Assembly: GCA_043825615.1 (NCBI GenBank)
Contig: JBDRRS010000003.1
Coordinates: forward strand, 125,379-189,378
Reading direction: 5' to 3'
Source of the DNA: a bacterium
Lineage (GTDB): Bacteria > CG03
DNA: 64,000 nt
The notes under the pieces: model-generated
Seen by the model: the letters and a program-made list of their open reading frames with translations, nothing else
The model's database searches: none
Told to the model about the DNA's origin: nothing
Position numbers and translations under genes: made by a program
Shown: piece by piece, positions 36,630 to 47,080 of the stretch
How the letters are laid out: the number at the start of each line of letters is the position of its first letter
How positions within the stretch are numbered: position 1 is the first letter of the stretch

Positions 36630-37883
36630 TTCCAGGGTTTTCAGAAAACCGGGGAAAGAAACGGAGATGCTGTCTGCGTCATCTATCAGCGTGCTTCCGC
36701 GGGCTATCAGACCGGCGAGGGAAAGCATCATTGTTATCCTGTGGTCGCCGAAACTTCGTACGCCGGCGCCGGAAAGTTTTACCGGCCCGGAAATTTCAAA
36801 ACCGTCCTCTAATTTTTTTATTTTTGCGCCCATTTTTTTTAATTGGGAATAAGTCGCTTCAAGCCGGTCGCACTCTTTCACTTTCAATTCTCCGGCGCCT
36901 GTTATAACCGTTTTACCCTCCGCCTGTGTTGCGCACAGGGCAAGAAGCGGGATTTCATCAATCATCGCAGGAACGTCTTTTTCGGTAAATTCCGCCGCAC
37001 GGAGGGAGCTTTCCGCAACGATTATGTCCGCCACGGGCTCCAGACCGAAGAACTTCCTGTTAGTTATTTTATACCTCAGCCCCATTTTCCGGATGGCTTT
37101 TAAGAACCCCGTCCTCGTCGGGTTTATTCCGACTTCTTTTATTTTTAAGTTGCTTTTAAGGATTGCCGCCGCTGTTATGAAAAAAGACGCGGATGAAATA
37201 TCGCCGGGGATTTTTACTTCTGCGCTCTTCGGTTTCTGCCCGCCTTTTAATTCCACCCTGCCGGATTTTTTTGTTACTTTTACGCCGAAAAGCGGAAGCA
37301 TTCTTTCGGTGTGGTCGCGTGATTTTATTTTTTCGAAAATCTTCGTCGTGCCCGCGGCGTTGAGACCCGCCAGAAGAATGGACGTTTTTACCTGAGCGGA
37401 GGCGATGGGCATTCTGTAGGATATTGCCTTGAGTGTTTTTCCTTTTATAACAAGCGGCGGGAAACCGCTCCTGCTGATAATTTTTGCGCCCATCTTTTCC
37501 AGCGGCGCGGTGATTCTTTTCATAGGCCGGCGAGAGAGAGACCTGTCGCCCGTGAGGGTTGCCGAAACGGGCAGACCTGCAATCAGACCTGCGAGGAGAC
37601 GCATCGTCGTTCCGGAGTTCCCGCAGTATATTTCCTTTCCGGGCGTTTTGTAAGGGTGCCCTGTTATCAGAAGGTCGAAGCCCGATTTTTTTACGCCGGC
37701 TCCGAGCGAGGAAACCGCTTTCAGCGTCGAAAGAGTGTCGTCGCTTTTCAGAAAATTTTTAATTCTTGAAGTTCCTGAAGCAGTCGAGGAAATAATTACC
37801 GCTCTGTGCGAAATGGATTTATCCGGCGGGACTCTTATTTCACCTGATATTCTTTTTACGGGTCTTATTCTCAAACCCTTCAT
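36600..37883 (-). CDS. aroA: 3-phosphoshikimate 1-carboxyvinyltransferase (EPSP synthase)
   Basis: GNSGTTMRLLAGL motif; length 427 aa; last codons overlap REP-like repeat. Confidence 0.9.
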   Translation of the reverse strand: MKGLRIRPVKRISGEIRVPPDKSISHRAVIISSTASGTSRIKNFLKSDDTLSTLKAVSSLGAGVKKSGFDLLITGHPYKTPGKEIYCGNSGTTMRLLAGLIAGLPVSATLTGDRSLSRRPMKRITAPLEKMGAKIISRSGFPPLVIKGKTLKAISYRMPIASAQVKTSILLAGLNAAGTTKIFEKIKSRDHTERMLPLFGVKVTKKSGRVELKGGQKPKSAEVKIPGDISSASFFITAAAILKSNLKIKEVGINPTRTGFLKAIRKMGLRYKITNRKFFGLEPVADIIVAESSLRAAEFTEKDVPAMIDEIPLLALCATQAEGKTVITGAGELKVKECDRLEATYSQLKKMGAKIKKLEDGFEISGPVKLSGAGVRSFGDHRITMMLSLAGLIARGSTLIDDADSISVSFPGFLKTLEGVRSCNATK

Positions 37884-38712
37884 AAGCGTTCCTGATATCG
37901 TTCAGTTTTTTCAAGAGGCGGCGGTCGTTTATATCCTTTTTAAAATTATCCAGCGTTCCGGAAAACTTTTGTATATGCCTGTTTATTTCCGTCCTGTTCT
38001 GCTTAAAAATGGCGTTCCACAAAAACGGGCTGCTTTTTGAAACCCGCGTCATGTTTTTGAAACTCCCCGCAATGAATGCAGGGGATATTTTACTTCTTTT
38101 CAGATAACTTAAAAACATTTCCGTAAAGCAGAATGAGATAACGTGGGGAAGATGGCTCGTCAGAGCGGCGAATTCGTCGTGTTTATCCGGACGGACGATG
38201 GAGCAGACCGCGCCTAAACCGCTCCAGAATTTTTTCACTTTTTCCAATGCGTCCTTACCGGTGCCCTTCACCGGCGTCAGCAGGACGTTCGTCCCGCGGA
38301 AGAGGTCTCCCCTGCTGTTTATGCAGCCGCTTTTTTCCGAACCCGCCATCGGATGACAGCCGACAAATTCAATCCCGTGTTTTTTCGCGAAGGGATGGAT
38401 TTCCCTGCAGATTTTTTCTTTTACGCTTCCAGCGTCAATGAGGATTGAACCCTTTTTCATAAAAGGGATTATGCGCTTTGAAATTTTTACGATTACGTCG
38501 ACGGGCGTGCAGACGGCCACGATGCCGCAGCCTCCCGCTTTTGAAAAGTCGGCCGAAAAGACATCGCAGACCCCTTCCCTTTTCGCAATCCGGAGCCGGT
38601 CTTTGTTCCTGCCGAAGCAGACAACGTCTTTTCCGCGGGATGTGTAAAATTTACCGATTGACCCGCCGATAAGCCCCGGCCCCACAATCCCGATTTTATT
38701 AAACATAGCCAT
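37840..38712 (-). CDS. tyrA: prephenate dehydrogenase
   Basis: N-terminal Rossmann IGIVGPGLIGGSIG; family-typical length. Confidence 0.75.
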   Translation of the reverse strand: MAMFNKIGIVGPGLIGGSIGKFYTSRGKDVVCFGRNKDRLRIAKREGVCDVFSADFSKAGGCGIVAVCTPVDVIVKISKRIIPFMKKGSILIDAGSVKEKICREIHPFAKKHGIEFVGCHPMAGSEKSGCINSRGDLFRGTNVLLTPVKGTGKDALEKVKKFWSGLGAVCSIVRPDKHDEFAALTSHLPHVISFCFTEMFLSYLKRSKISPAFIAGSFKNMTRVSKSSPFLWNAIFKQNRTEINRHIQKFSGTLDNFKKDINDRRLLKKLNDIRNAYEGFENKTRKKNIR

Positions 38713-38786
38713 ATACTATAAAAAATATCACGAAAGGCAAAATCCGGTACCTGTCGGAAGTTCGTCGTATTTGAAAATGCAACTTC

Positions 38787-38945
38787 CTAAAACAGAGTAT
38801 AAATGAGAGGCGCCAGCGCCGAACCTTCAGTAAAAACGATTAATGCGCTTGTTACTATCAGGAAGATAAATATCGGCACCAGCCACCATTTCTTGCGGGT
38901 TTTCAGGAATTCCAGGTACTCTAATACTGTCGCTAATTTTTTCAT
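38787..38945 (-). CDS. small membrane protein, DUF5989-like (52 aa, not in ORF track)
   Basis: Translated by hand: MKKLATVLEYLEFLKTRKKWWLVPIFIFLIVTSALIVFTEGSALAPLIYTLF; same gene-order context as carbamoyltransferase/SGNH clusters. Confidence 0.5.
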   Translation of the reverse strand: MKKLATVLEYLEFLKTRKKWWLVPIFIFLIVTSALIVFTEGSALAPLIYTLF

Positions 38946-38966
38946 AATATCCTCTTTTGGACCTCT

Positions 38967-40034
38967 TTAAACCGTCGGCTGCAATTTTAGCAAATTTTTC
39001 CTAATCAAGTAACTATATATTCTTTCTCCGACAATAGAATGTCCTGCGCTATTCCAGTGGCAATTGTAGGGCATTCCGTCAACGACAATTCCGGCGGTCT
39101 TCGCTTTTTTTATCAGTTCAGGAATATCGGGTATATAATGTATCTTGCATTTCCTGCAGATATTCGGAAAAGCGTTGCCTAACCATTCGGGCTTAAAGGC
39201 AGAAAAAGCGATTATTGGAGTGCTGCCGGCTCTTTTTTTGACCAATTTCATTATCTCCGAAGTTGTGTTTACCGATTGTTGAAATAACGGGTGTCTTTCA
39301 TGCAGTTCGTCTTCTATTGAACCAATCATTTTTTCTTTTACAATGTGTAATCTGCTTTTAAATAACCGTAAAAAATATGAAAAATGAACTAATTTATGGA
39401 TCCACGTGTAACCTCGACTCTGTTTCGGGTATAAATACTCAATTTGCCCGTCTTTGTAATAAGGTCTTCTCATCTGGTTATTGTTTCTATTACTGGCGGA
39501 TTCAAGAGAGTAATCATTATTAATAATATCATTGCTGCTGAATTGCCATAAAATAATGTCGGGCTTTATTATGTCAAAAAACTTATCCAATATCATGTAT
39601 TCCTGCAGCGAGCCGTAGCCGCCGCATCCGTAGGCGAATATTTCCGTGTCCTTATTTTTCAAAAAATCGTAGTAGGTATTGCCGTCCGAAACAGTATTTG
39701 CCTGTGTAATTGAGTCGCCTATTACAAGTATTTTGGTTTTGGAAGTATTCGTGTCGCCGAAAACGCGGAAACCCCACTTGGTCGTGGTAAATTTTATTTT
39801 CCCGTATCTTTTATATCTCTTTTCCACAGATATGTTTGGAGCAGTTTCCCATCCGAGGTATTTTGAAAAGTTGCTTTCACGGGGAATTGCTTTGCTTTTA
39901 ATTAAATAGAAACTTCTCGTTACACCCTCCAGCAGAAGGATGAATAAAACGAACGTTGTAATTAAAAATATGATTTCACGAACTCTTATTCCGGTAAATA
40001 CTCCCGTTTTTTTAAAATTGTTTTTCATATTCAT
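38967..40034 (-). CDS. SGNH/GDSL-family hydrolase, membrane-anchored
   Basis: ILVIGDSIT motif; N-terminal TM. Confidence 0.6.
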   Translation of the reverse strand: MNMKNNFKKTGVFTGIRVREIIFLITTFVLFILLLEGVTRSFYLIKSKAIPRESNFSKYLGWETAPNISVEKRYKRYGKIKFTTTKWGFRVFGDTNTSKTKILVIGDSITQANTVSDGNTYYDFLKNKDTEIFAYGCGGYGSLQEYMILDKFFDIIKPDIILWQFSSNDIINNDYSLESASNRNNNQMRRPYYKDGQIEYLYPKQSRGYTWIHKLVHFSYFLRLFKSRLHIVKEKMIGSIEDELHERHPLFQQSVNTTSEIMKLVKKRAGSTPIIAFSAFKPEWLGNAFPNICRKCKIHYIPDIPELIKKAKTAGIVVDGMPYNCHWNSAGHSIVGERIYSYLIRKNLLKLQPTV

Positions 40035-40338
40035 TCTTCCCGGAATTATCTATCTTCTTTGGAATCCAGTAACTATCCGCTTTCCTGTCAAATTTTAAAT
40101 CCAAGAATTTTTTCCCGAAGATGCTTGCCGCGAATCTGATAGGCGTAATTATGAGATAAAACAGAATAAACAGAAAAATCTTTGTCGTAAGCCATTTTAT
40201 AATGCCGGCAAAAAACATCCATATTTTATAGACGGGTTTCAGCGTGACGGGTAAAAGCAGGCCGGGTAATAAAAATACTGCGGAAAATGCAAAAAAACAG
40301 CGGTAACAACCTTTCCGCAAGAGGAACAATACGCCCAA
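40012..40338 (-). CDS. hypothetical small membrane protein (SxtJ-like context)
   Basis: 108-aa hydrophobic ORF overlapping the SGNH hydrolase start; gene context only. Confidence 0.4.
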   Translation of the reverse strand: MGVLFLLRKGCYRCFFAFSAVFLLPGLLLPVTLKPVYKIWMFFAGIIKWLTTKIFLFILFYLIITPIRFAASIFGKKFLDLKFDRKADSYWIPKKIDNSGKNEYEKQF

Positions 40339-40443
40339 TAGACCGAGGATAGTACCGATTGTTATACCGAAGTTACGCAGTTCCTTTTTCTCGCTCTTGG
40401 AATTTTCTATCTTTTCAGTAATCGTAAACCTCCTTGAAATACA

Positions 40444-41457
40444 TTATTTTTTTTTCTTTCCGAGCATCGTAAAAAAACCGCCTTCCCTGCCCCCTGTAAA
40501 AAGCAGCCGGCTTTGGATAAGAATGTGTTCAAGCCAATTCCCCCTCGGGTTCGGGTTAAACAGATTCTCGTCTTCCGAAAACGACTTTGGGTTTCTTAAT
40601 TTGGGAATGCTGTTTATAAAATCAAAACCGGTTTGATCGAACCATTTCAGCACTTCGCCGATAGTGTGCTTTGATTCGTGCGGATTTTCATACTGGTCTT
40701 TATACCACGTGAATTTTTTGTGATAACCGATGTTTCTGCTTCTCAAACGCTGGTCTAAAAACTTGAAATGCCCGCCGGAAAACTTGAAAACAGCGCGGCG
40801 GATATCGGTGGTTAACCTGCCGTAACTGTTATAAAGCCCGATAATAATATATCCTCCTTTTTTTACAAGTTTCGATATGGACCGGAAACCGGCAAAAGGG
40901 TCAGCCGTGTGGTGAAGAACGCCGTTACAAATGACAAGAGGAAAACTTTCTTCTTTGAAGATGGGTTTAAACAGGTTCATTTGATAGAATCCCACTCTTT
41001 CAAGATTATTTTCCGCCCTGAAATTGTTGGCTAACCTTAAAGAGTTAAAGCAAATATCAGTCCCGAAGGTGAACCTGTGAGCGACTCCCAGAAAATTGGT
41101 TAGTTGACCCGTGCCGCAGCCGACTTCCAGAACTCTGATATTGAAAGGAACCTGTTTGTTTAACAAACGCGCAAAAATTCCCTTCCGGGCTTTTTGAATA
41201 AGGTCGCCTATGTTTTCAAAATCTTCATAGTTCGGAAACGGCGTTTTTTCATAGAATGCTTTTATTGTATCCGTAATACCGCCTTCTTTATTGTTTTCCC
41301 CGTTTGCCCAAAAAAGAAGGGGAATGCCGTCCTTGATTTGATAACGGTTACGGCAATCCCCGCATTTTATCCCGGTATCGGATATTTTCAGATTTCCTCC
41401 GCATGAAGGGCACATAAAAATCTCCGAATGTTTTTCCATGTGTTTTAACATTATCAC
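40444..41457 (-). CDS. class I SAM-dependent methyltransferase with N-terminal zinc-ribbon
   Basis: CPSCGG...CGDC zinc ribbon; LEVGCGTGQ motif I. Confidence 0.8.
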   Translation of the reverse strand: MIMLKHMEKHSEIFMCPSCGGNLKISDTGIKCGDCRNRYQIKDGIPLLFWANGENNKEGGITDTIKAFYEKTPFPNYEDFENIGDLIQKARKGIFARLLNKQVPFNIRVLEVGCGTGQLTNFLGVAHRFTFGTDICFNSLRLANNFRAENNLERVGFYQMNLFKPIFKEESFPLVICNGVLHHTADPFAGFRSISKLVKKGGYIIIGLYNSYGRLTTDIRRAVFKFSGGHFKFLDQRLRSRNIGYHKKFTWYKDQYENPHESKHTIGEVLKWFDQTGFDFINSIPKLRNPKSFSEDENLFNPNPRGNWLEHILIQSRLLFTGGREGGFFTMLGKKKK

Positions 41458-41462
41458 AACGG

Positions 41463-43298
41463 TTATTGCCTTTCAGCCGCTCCGAACTGCCCGGACCATT
41501 CAACTTCACCTGACAGATTCTGCTCTTTTTTTTCTATCAGATAATTACCCATAATTAAGAAATCCATATTTGTTCGCATAAAGCACTTATAAGCGTCTTC
41601 CGGTTTGCATACAATGGGTTCTCCGCGGACGTTGAAAGAAGTGTTAATGATTACGGGACAGCCGTATTTCTCGTTGAATTTTTCTATCAGGCGGTAATAT
41701 AAAGGGTTATCGTTCCTGTCAACGGTTTGAAGACGAGCCGTGTAATCTACATGAGTAACCGCCGGAATACTTGAACGTACAATTTTCAATTTATCAAGAC
41801 CGAAGAGTTTCTGTTCTTCGCCTGACATCTCCCGGCAAATTTCTTTTTTTACCGGCGCCACCAAAAGCATATAGGGGCTTTCCGTTTTCGTTTCAAAATA
41901 ATCAGAGGCTTTTTCTTTCATTACGGAAGGCGCAAAAGGACGAAAACTTTCTCTGAATTTTATTTTCAAGTTTATTGTCTCCTGCATTTTGACAGAACGG
42001 GCATCTCCCAAAATTGAGCGGTTTCCCAATGCGCGCGGGCCGAATTCCATACGTCCCTGAAACCAGCCGATTACGTTTTGCCCGGCGATTAAATCGGCTA
42101 TTTTCTCCGGAATTTCTTCATCCGTTAGCAGCGTGTAAGGAATATGGCGCTCTTCAAGATAGTTTTTAATATAATCATTTTTGAACTCCGGACCGAGGTA
42201 AGAGCCCTGTTGAAAATCCTTTTTCCCGTCGGCGATTCTCTTTTTCTCCAGGTATTGATACCAGACAAACAAAGAGGCGCCCAACGCTCCGCCGGCATCT
42301 CCCGCTGCCGGCTGTATCCAGATATTTTCAAAAGGTCCTTCCCGCAGAATTTTCCCGTTAGCGACGCAATTCAAAGCCACACCCCCCGCCAGACAGAGAT
42401 TTTTGTGTCCGGTTTCTTTATGGATGTGCCGCGCCATGCGCAACATAATTTCTTCGGTTACTTCCTGCACGGAGCGGGCTAAATCCATATCTTTTTGCGT
42501 TATTTGCGATTCCGGTTTTCTCGGAGGGCCGCCGAACATTCTCTCGAATTTTTTGGTAATCATTTTTAATCCGACGGGATAATCAAAATATTTCATATTC
42601 ATCCTGAAAGAGCCGTCTTTTTTTAAGTCCAGCAACTCGGAAAGAATCAAATCCTTATATTTCGGCTCGCCGTAAGGAGCCAGACCCATCACTTTATATT
42701 CGTCCGAATTTACTTTAAATCCCGTGTAATATGTAAACGCCGAATAAAGCAATCCGAGAGAATGGGGAAAATCAATCTCGGACAGAATGCGTATCCCGTT
42801 GTCCTTGCCTGTGCCGTAACTCGTCGTCGCCCATTCGCCGACCGCATCCGTCGTGAGAAAAGCCGCTTCCTGGAAAGGCGAAGGAAAAAAGGCGGCTGCG
42901 GCATGCGACTCATGATGTTCGGGGAAAATAATTTTGCCGTCAAAGCCTGTTTCCTCTGCTATGAATTCCTTCATCCAGATTTTTTGTTTTATCCATAAAG
43001 GCATGGATTTAAGAAACGAGCGGATGCCAAGAGGCGCATAATTCAGATGGGTCTCTAATATACGCTCGAACTTGAGAAAAGGTTTTTCGTAAAATGCCAC
43101 AAAATTCAGGTCTTTGGATTTTAAACCCTTACTCTGTAAACAGAAATTTATTGCATTTTTCGGGAAGGAAAAATCGTGTTTTTTTCGGGTAAACCTTTCT
43201 TCCTGGGCGGCTGCTGCTAATTTGCCGTCCTGAACCAGACAGGCGGCGCTGTCATGATAAAATGCCGATATTCCCAGAATATTCACAGATTCTCCCAT
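41463..43298 (-). CDS. carbamoyltransferase (NodU/CmcH family)
   Basis: N-terminal ILGISAFYHDSAA and overall length typical of the family. Confidence 0.85.
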   Translation of the reverse strand: MGESVNILGISAFYHDSAACLVQDGKLAAAAQEERFTRKKHDFSFPKNAINFCLQSKGLKSKDLNFVAFYEKPFLKFERILETHLNYAPLGIRSFLKSMPLWIKQKIWMKEFIAEETGFDGKIIFPEHHESHAAAAFFPSPFQEAAFLTTDAVGEWATTSYGTGKDNGIRILSEIDFPHSLGLLYSAFTYYTGFKVNSDEYKVMGLAPYGEPKYKDLILSELLDLKKDGSFRMNMKYFDYPVGLKMITKKFERMFGGPPRKPESQITQKDMDLARSVQEVTEEIMLRMARHIHKETGHKNLCLAGGVALNCVANGKILREGPFENIWIQPAAGDAGGALGASLFVWYQYLEKKRIADGKKDFQQGSYLGPEFKNDYIKNYLEERHIPYTLLTDEEIPEKIADLIAGQNVIGWFQGRMEFGPRALGNRSILGDARSVKMQETINLKIKFRESFRPFAPSVMKEKASDYFETKTESPYMLLVAPVKKEICREMSGEEQKLFGLDKLKIVRSSIPAVTHVDYTARLQTVDRNDNPLYYRLIEKFNEKYGCPVIINTSFNVRGEPIVCKPEDAYKCFMRTNMDFLIMGNYLIEKKEQNLSGEVEWSGQFGAAERQ

Positions 43299-43417
43299 TA
43301 TAAAAAATTGCTTGGTTTCGTCATTGCCTGTTAATATTACTATAAAACTTCTTTTGCTGTCAATAAAATTGACGAATGCCGGAATTTTTAATAAAATCAG
43401 CAGATTAAGGAGGGGTC

Positions 43418-44434
43418 GTGAAAATAGCGGTTGTCGGCGCGGGCTACTGGGGAAAGAATTTAATACGGAATATGTATCAGCTGGGCGCTCTTGCCGCTGT
43501 TTGTGATGTTGACGGGACAGGTCTGGAGAAAATTAAAAGAACTTTCCCCGGAATAGAGGCGGAAACCGATTTGTCTTCGGTTCTGAACAATCCGGAAATT
43601 AAAGCGGTGGTCATTGCCACTCCCGCCTCTACGCATTATGCCGTAGCGAAACAGTGCCTTTCCGCGGGAAAACACGTTCTTGTTGAAAAGCCGTTCACTC
43701 TTTCTTTAAAAGAAGCAGACGAACTTATTTCCATTGCCCGCGGGAAAAAACTCGTTCTGATGGTCGGGATGACATTTATTTATAACGCCGCCGTCCGGAA
43801 AGTGAAGGAATTGATTCAGTCGGGCGCTCTGGGAGATATTTACTATGTTTATTTTGAGCGGGTGAACCTCGGAAAAGTCAGGACCGACGTAAACGTGTGG
43901 TGGAACCTCGCTCCCCACGACATCTCAATTGCTCTTTACTGGCTTGATTCAAAAATTGACAATTTAACGGCCCGCGGCGCCTGCTATCTGCAGAAAGACA
44001 TAGAGGACGTCGCATGGGCGAACATAAAGTTCAAAAACGGCGCCTGCGTGCTTATCCACACTTCATGGCTTCACCCCCATAAGACGAGAAAGGCGATTGT
44101 CGTCGGCTCAAAGAAAATGGCCGTCTATGACGAGATTTCATCCGATATGAAAATTCAGATTTACGATAAGGGAATAGACAAAAAGGACATATCAAAACGT
44201 CTGGGTGAATACGAGAATTTCGGACAGTTTCAGCTCATCCAGCGCGCGGGGGACATTTACATCCCGAAAATAAATTTCACCGAACCGCTTTTAGAAGAAT
44301 GTTCTCATTTTATCGACTGTATAAAAACAAACAAACGTCCGCGGACGGACGGCGCCTGGAGCCGTGAGATTGTAAAGGTTCTGGAAGCGGGCCAGAAATC
44401 AATGAAGAAAAACGGCAGACTTGTCAAGCTGTGA
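43418..44434 (+). CDS. Gfo/Idh/MocA-family oxidoreductase (WbpB-like UDP-sugar 3-dehydrogenase)
   Basis: [13 protein letters not shown] Rossmann; EKP motif. Confidence 0.8.
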   Translation: MKIAVVGAGYWGKNLIRNMYQLGALAAVCDVDGTGLEKIKRTFPGIEAETDLSSVLNNPEIKAVVIATPASTHYAVAKQCLSAGKHVLVEKPFTLSLKEADELISIARGKKLVLMVGMTFIYNAAVRKVKELIQSGALGDIYYVYFERVNLGKVRTDVNVWWNLAPHDISIALYWLDSKIDNLTARGACYLQKDIEDVAWANIKFKNGACVLIHTSWLHPHKTRKAIVVGSKKMAVYDEISSDMKIQIYDKGIDKKDISKRLGEYENFGQFQLIQRAGDIYIPKINFTEPLLEECSHFIDCIKTNKRPRTDGAWSREIVKVLEAGQKSMKKNGRLVKL

Positions 44435-45045
44435 ATTACAAAATCTGCAGAAATGTTAAAATCGGAAAAAATTCCGAGGTCGGTGATTTTTCCATAATAG
44501 GACTCCCTGAAAAATCAAAATCCGCCAAAACGGTTATCGGCGACAACGCGACAATCCGCTCTCACACGGTCATTTATGCCGGTAACCTCATCGGGAAGAA
44601 TTTTAATACCGGTCATATGGTGATGATAAGGGAATCGAACAGAATAGGCGATAACGTAAGCATCGGCACGGGCTCCTGCGTTGAACACCATGTCAAAATC
44701 GGCAACGGCGTCCGTCTGCACTCAAATGTTTTTGTGCCGGAATACACGACGCTGGAGGACGGCTGCTGGGTGGGGCCGAATGTTGTTTTTACCAATGCGC
44801 GGTATCCCAAAAGCAAAAACGTAAAAAAGCGGTTAAAAGGAGCGCTGGTAATGAAAGGGGCCAAAATCGGCGCGAACGCGACCGTTCTTCCGGAAGCGGT
44901 CATCGGCAGGAATGCCCTCGTCGGCGCGGGTTCCGTCGTAACAAAAGATGTCCCTGACAATAAGGTCGTTGCGGGCAACCCCGCGAAAGTGATAAACGAC
45001 ATAAGAAAAATTTCCGTTTATGGAAAGAAAAATTTCCCTGGTTGA
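44431..45045 (+). CDS. hexapeptide-repeat N-acetyltransferase (WbpD-like)
   Basis: Left-handed beta-helix hexapeptide repeats throughout. Confidence 0.8.
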   Translation: MNYKICRNVKIGKNSEVGDFSIIGLPEKSKSAKTVIGDNATIRSHTVIYAGNLIGKNFNTGHMVMIRESNRIGDNVSIGTGSCVEHHVKIGNGVRLHSNVFVPEYTTLEDGCWVGPNVVFTNARYPKSKNVKKRLKGALVMKGAKIGANATVLPEAVIGRNALVGAGSVVTKDVPDNKVVAGNPAKVINDIRKISVYGKKNFPG

Positions 45046-46135
45046 TTTGGCCGCGCAGTACCGGCTGATAAAAAGCGAGATAGACGAAGCGGTCAGCCGC
45101 GTCCTGACGAATACCAATTTTATAATGGGGAAGGAAGTAACCGATTTTGAATTGAATTTCGCCGGATTCTGCGGTGTTAAGTTCGCCATCGGCGTCGGCA
45201 ACGGGACGGACGCCCTGTATATTGCGCTCCGCGCGCTTGGAATAGGGGCGGGCGACGAGGTCATCACGGCTCCGAACACGTTTATCGCCACGACGGAGGC
45301 GATATCAATGACGGGAGCCAGACCCGTTTTTGCCGACGTGGAGGAAAACAGTTTTACGATTGACGCGGATATGATTGAAAATGCAGTCACCTCCAGAACA
45401 AAGGCAATCATACCCGTTCACCTTTACGGGCGTATCTGCGATATGGAAAAAATAAAAGCGATTGCGCAAAAGCGCGGTTTGAAAATAATTGAGGATGCCG
45501 CCCAGGCGCACGGCGCGGAGCTCGGAGGAATTAAAGCGGGCTCTTTTTCGGATGCCGGTTGCTTCAGTTTTTATCCGGGAAAGAACCTCGGCGCAGCGGG
45601 CGATGCGGGCGCCGTTGTTACCAGCGACGAGAAACTTGCCGGTAAGATAAGAATGTTAAGAAATCACGGCCGGCAGAAAAAATACATTCACGAATTTGAA
45701 GGGGTAAACAGCCGGCTGGACACAATTCAGGCGGCTGTCCTGAACGTCAAACTGAAACACCTTTCTGAGTGGGTGAAAAAAAGAAACGAGAAGGCGGAAA
45801 TCTACCGGGAATTGCTTGGCGGGTGCAAAGGAATTAAACTTCCCGGGATTCCGCCCTGCGGTATCCACGCGTGGCATCTTTTTGTTATCCGGTGCGCGTT
45901 CAGGGATAAGTTAAAGAGTCAACTTGAAATCGAAAACATTTCCTGCGGAATTCACTACCCTGTTCCCCTTCACCTCCAGCCCGCGTACAGCCGGCTGGAT
46001 TATAAGGAAGGCGATTTCCCTGTCGCCGAGCGTCAGGCAAAAGAAATCCTTTCGCTTCCTATTTATCCCGAATTACAGGGTGACGACCAGAGAAGAATTT
46101 GCGAGGTGATAAAAAAAACCTGCAGGGAGAACTGA
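45020..46135 (+). CDS. DegT/DnrJ/EryC1/StrS-family sugar aminotransferase (WbpE-like)
   Basis: Family-typical motifs incl. GNGTDAL, putative PLP lysine in SFYPGKNLG. Confidence 0.85.
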   Translation: MERKISLVDLAAQYRLIKSEIDEAVSRVLTNTNFIMGKEVTDFELNFAGFCGVKFAIGVGNGTDALYIALRALGIGAGDEVITAPNTFIATTEAISMTGARPVFADVEENSFTIDADMIENAVTSRTKAIIPVHLYGRICDMEKIKAIAQKRGLKIIEDAAQAHGAELGGIKAGSFSDAGCFSFYPGKNLGAAGDAGAVVTSDEKLAGKIRMLRNHGRQKKYIHEFEGVNSRLDTIQAAVLNVKLKHLSEWVKKRNEKAEIYRELLGGCKGIKLPGIPPCGIHAWHLFVIRCAFRDKLKSQLEIENISCGIHYPVPLHLQPAYSRLDYKEGDFPVAERQAKEILSLPIYPELQGDDQRRICEVIKKTCREN

Positions 46136-47080
46136 ATGTATAAAGAAAAAAAGATTGCCCTTGTGATTCCGGCGCGCAACGAAGAGGTCTTGATAATACC
46201 GACGCTAAAAGGCGTGCCGGAACTTATTGATAAGGTCTTTGTGGTTGACGACGGCAGCTCTGACAAAACGGCGGAACTGGTCGGTGAATACGCGGGAAAA
46301 GATAAAAGGGTCGTACTGCTGCGGCACGGAAAAAATTCGGGTGTCGGGTCGGCGCTGATTACGGGATACAGGAAGTCGGCGGAAGAGGGCTACGATATCT
46401 CCGTGGTAGTCGGAGGCGATAACCAGATGCCGCTGGATAATGTCACGGATTTTCTTGACCCGCTGATTGCGGGCGCGGCGGATTATACGAAGGGTAACCG
46501 GTTTCTCGTCGAGGAAAATGTTTTTGACGATATGCCGTCTCTCCGCCTGATAGGAAATTCCGTAATTTCCTTAATCACTAAAATTGCTTCGGGTTATTAT
46601 AAGATTTTTGACTTCGTCGAGGGTTATACCGCAATTACAAAGAAAGCGATTGAGACAATTAACTGGGACAAGGCGTGGAAGGGCTACGGTTACCCGATGG
46701 ATTTTTTAATCCGGTTGAACGCATATGGTTTCAAGGTAAAGGATATTCCCCGCCGGGCAATATATCTCCCCGGAGAGAAACAGACCCAGATCAAGGGGCT
46801 GCCTTACGCAATAAGGGTAACGCCGATGCTTGTGCGGGGTTTTCTGTGGAGAATTGCGAAAAAATATGTGTTCAGGGATTTTCATCCTCTCGTATTATTT
46901 TACTTCGGAGGAATAATAATGCTGCCTGTCGGAGTGCTGTTCGGCATATATCTTTTACATCAGCAAATAGCGGGTTTCGGAGTTTCCGGACCCCGTGCGA
47001 TATTATGCGCGCTTTTAATTATGGCAGGTTTACAGTTTCTCTTTTTCGCGATGCTATTTGATATGCAGCAGAGTGATTAA
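46136..47080 (+). CDS. glycosyltransferase family 2 (polyprenyl-phosphate glycosyltransferase-like) with C-terminal TM helices
   Basis: IPARNEE, VVDDGSSD, DGD-like motifs. Confidence 0.8.
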   Translation: MYKEKKIALVIPARNEEVLIIPTLKGVPELIDKVFVVDDGSSDKTAELVGEYAGKDKRVVLLRHGKNSGVGSALITGYRKSAEEGYDISVVVGGDNQMPLDNVTDFLDPLIAGAADYTKGNRFLVEENVFDDMPSLRLIGNSVISLITKIASGYYKIFDFVEGYTAITKKAIETINWDKAWKGYGYPMDFLIRLNAYGFKVKDIPRRAIYLPGEKQTQIKGLPYAIRVTPMLVRGFLWRIAKKYVFRDFHPLVLFYFGGIIMLPVGVLFGIYLLHQQIAGFGVSGPRAILCALLIMAGLQFLFFAMLFDMQQSD

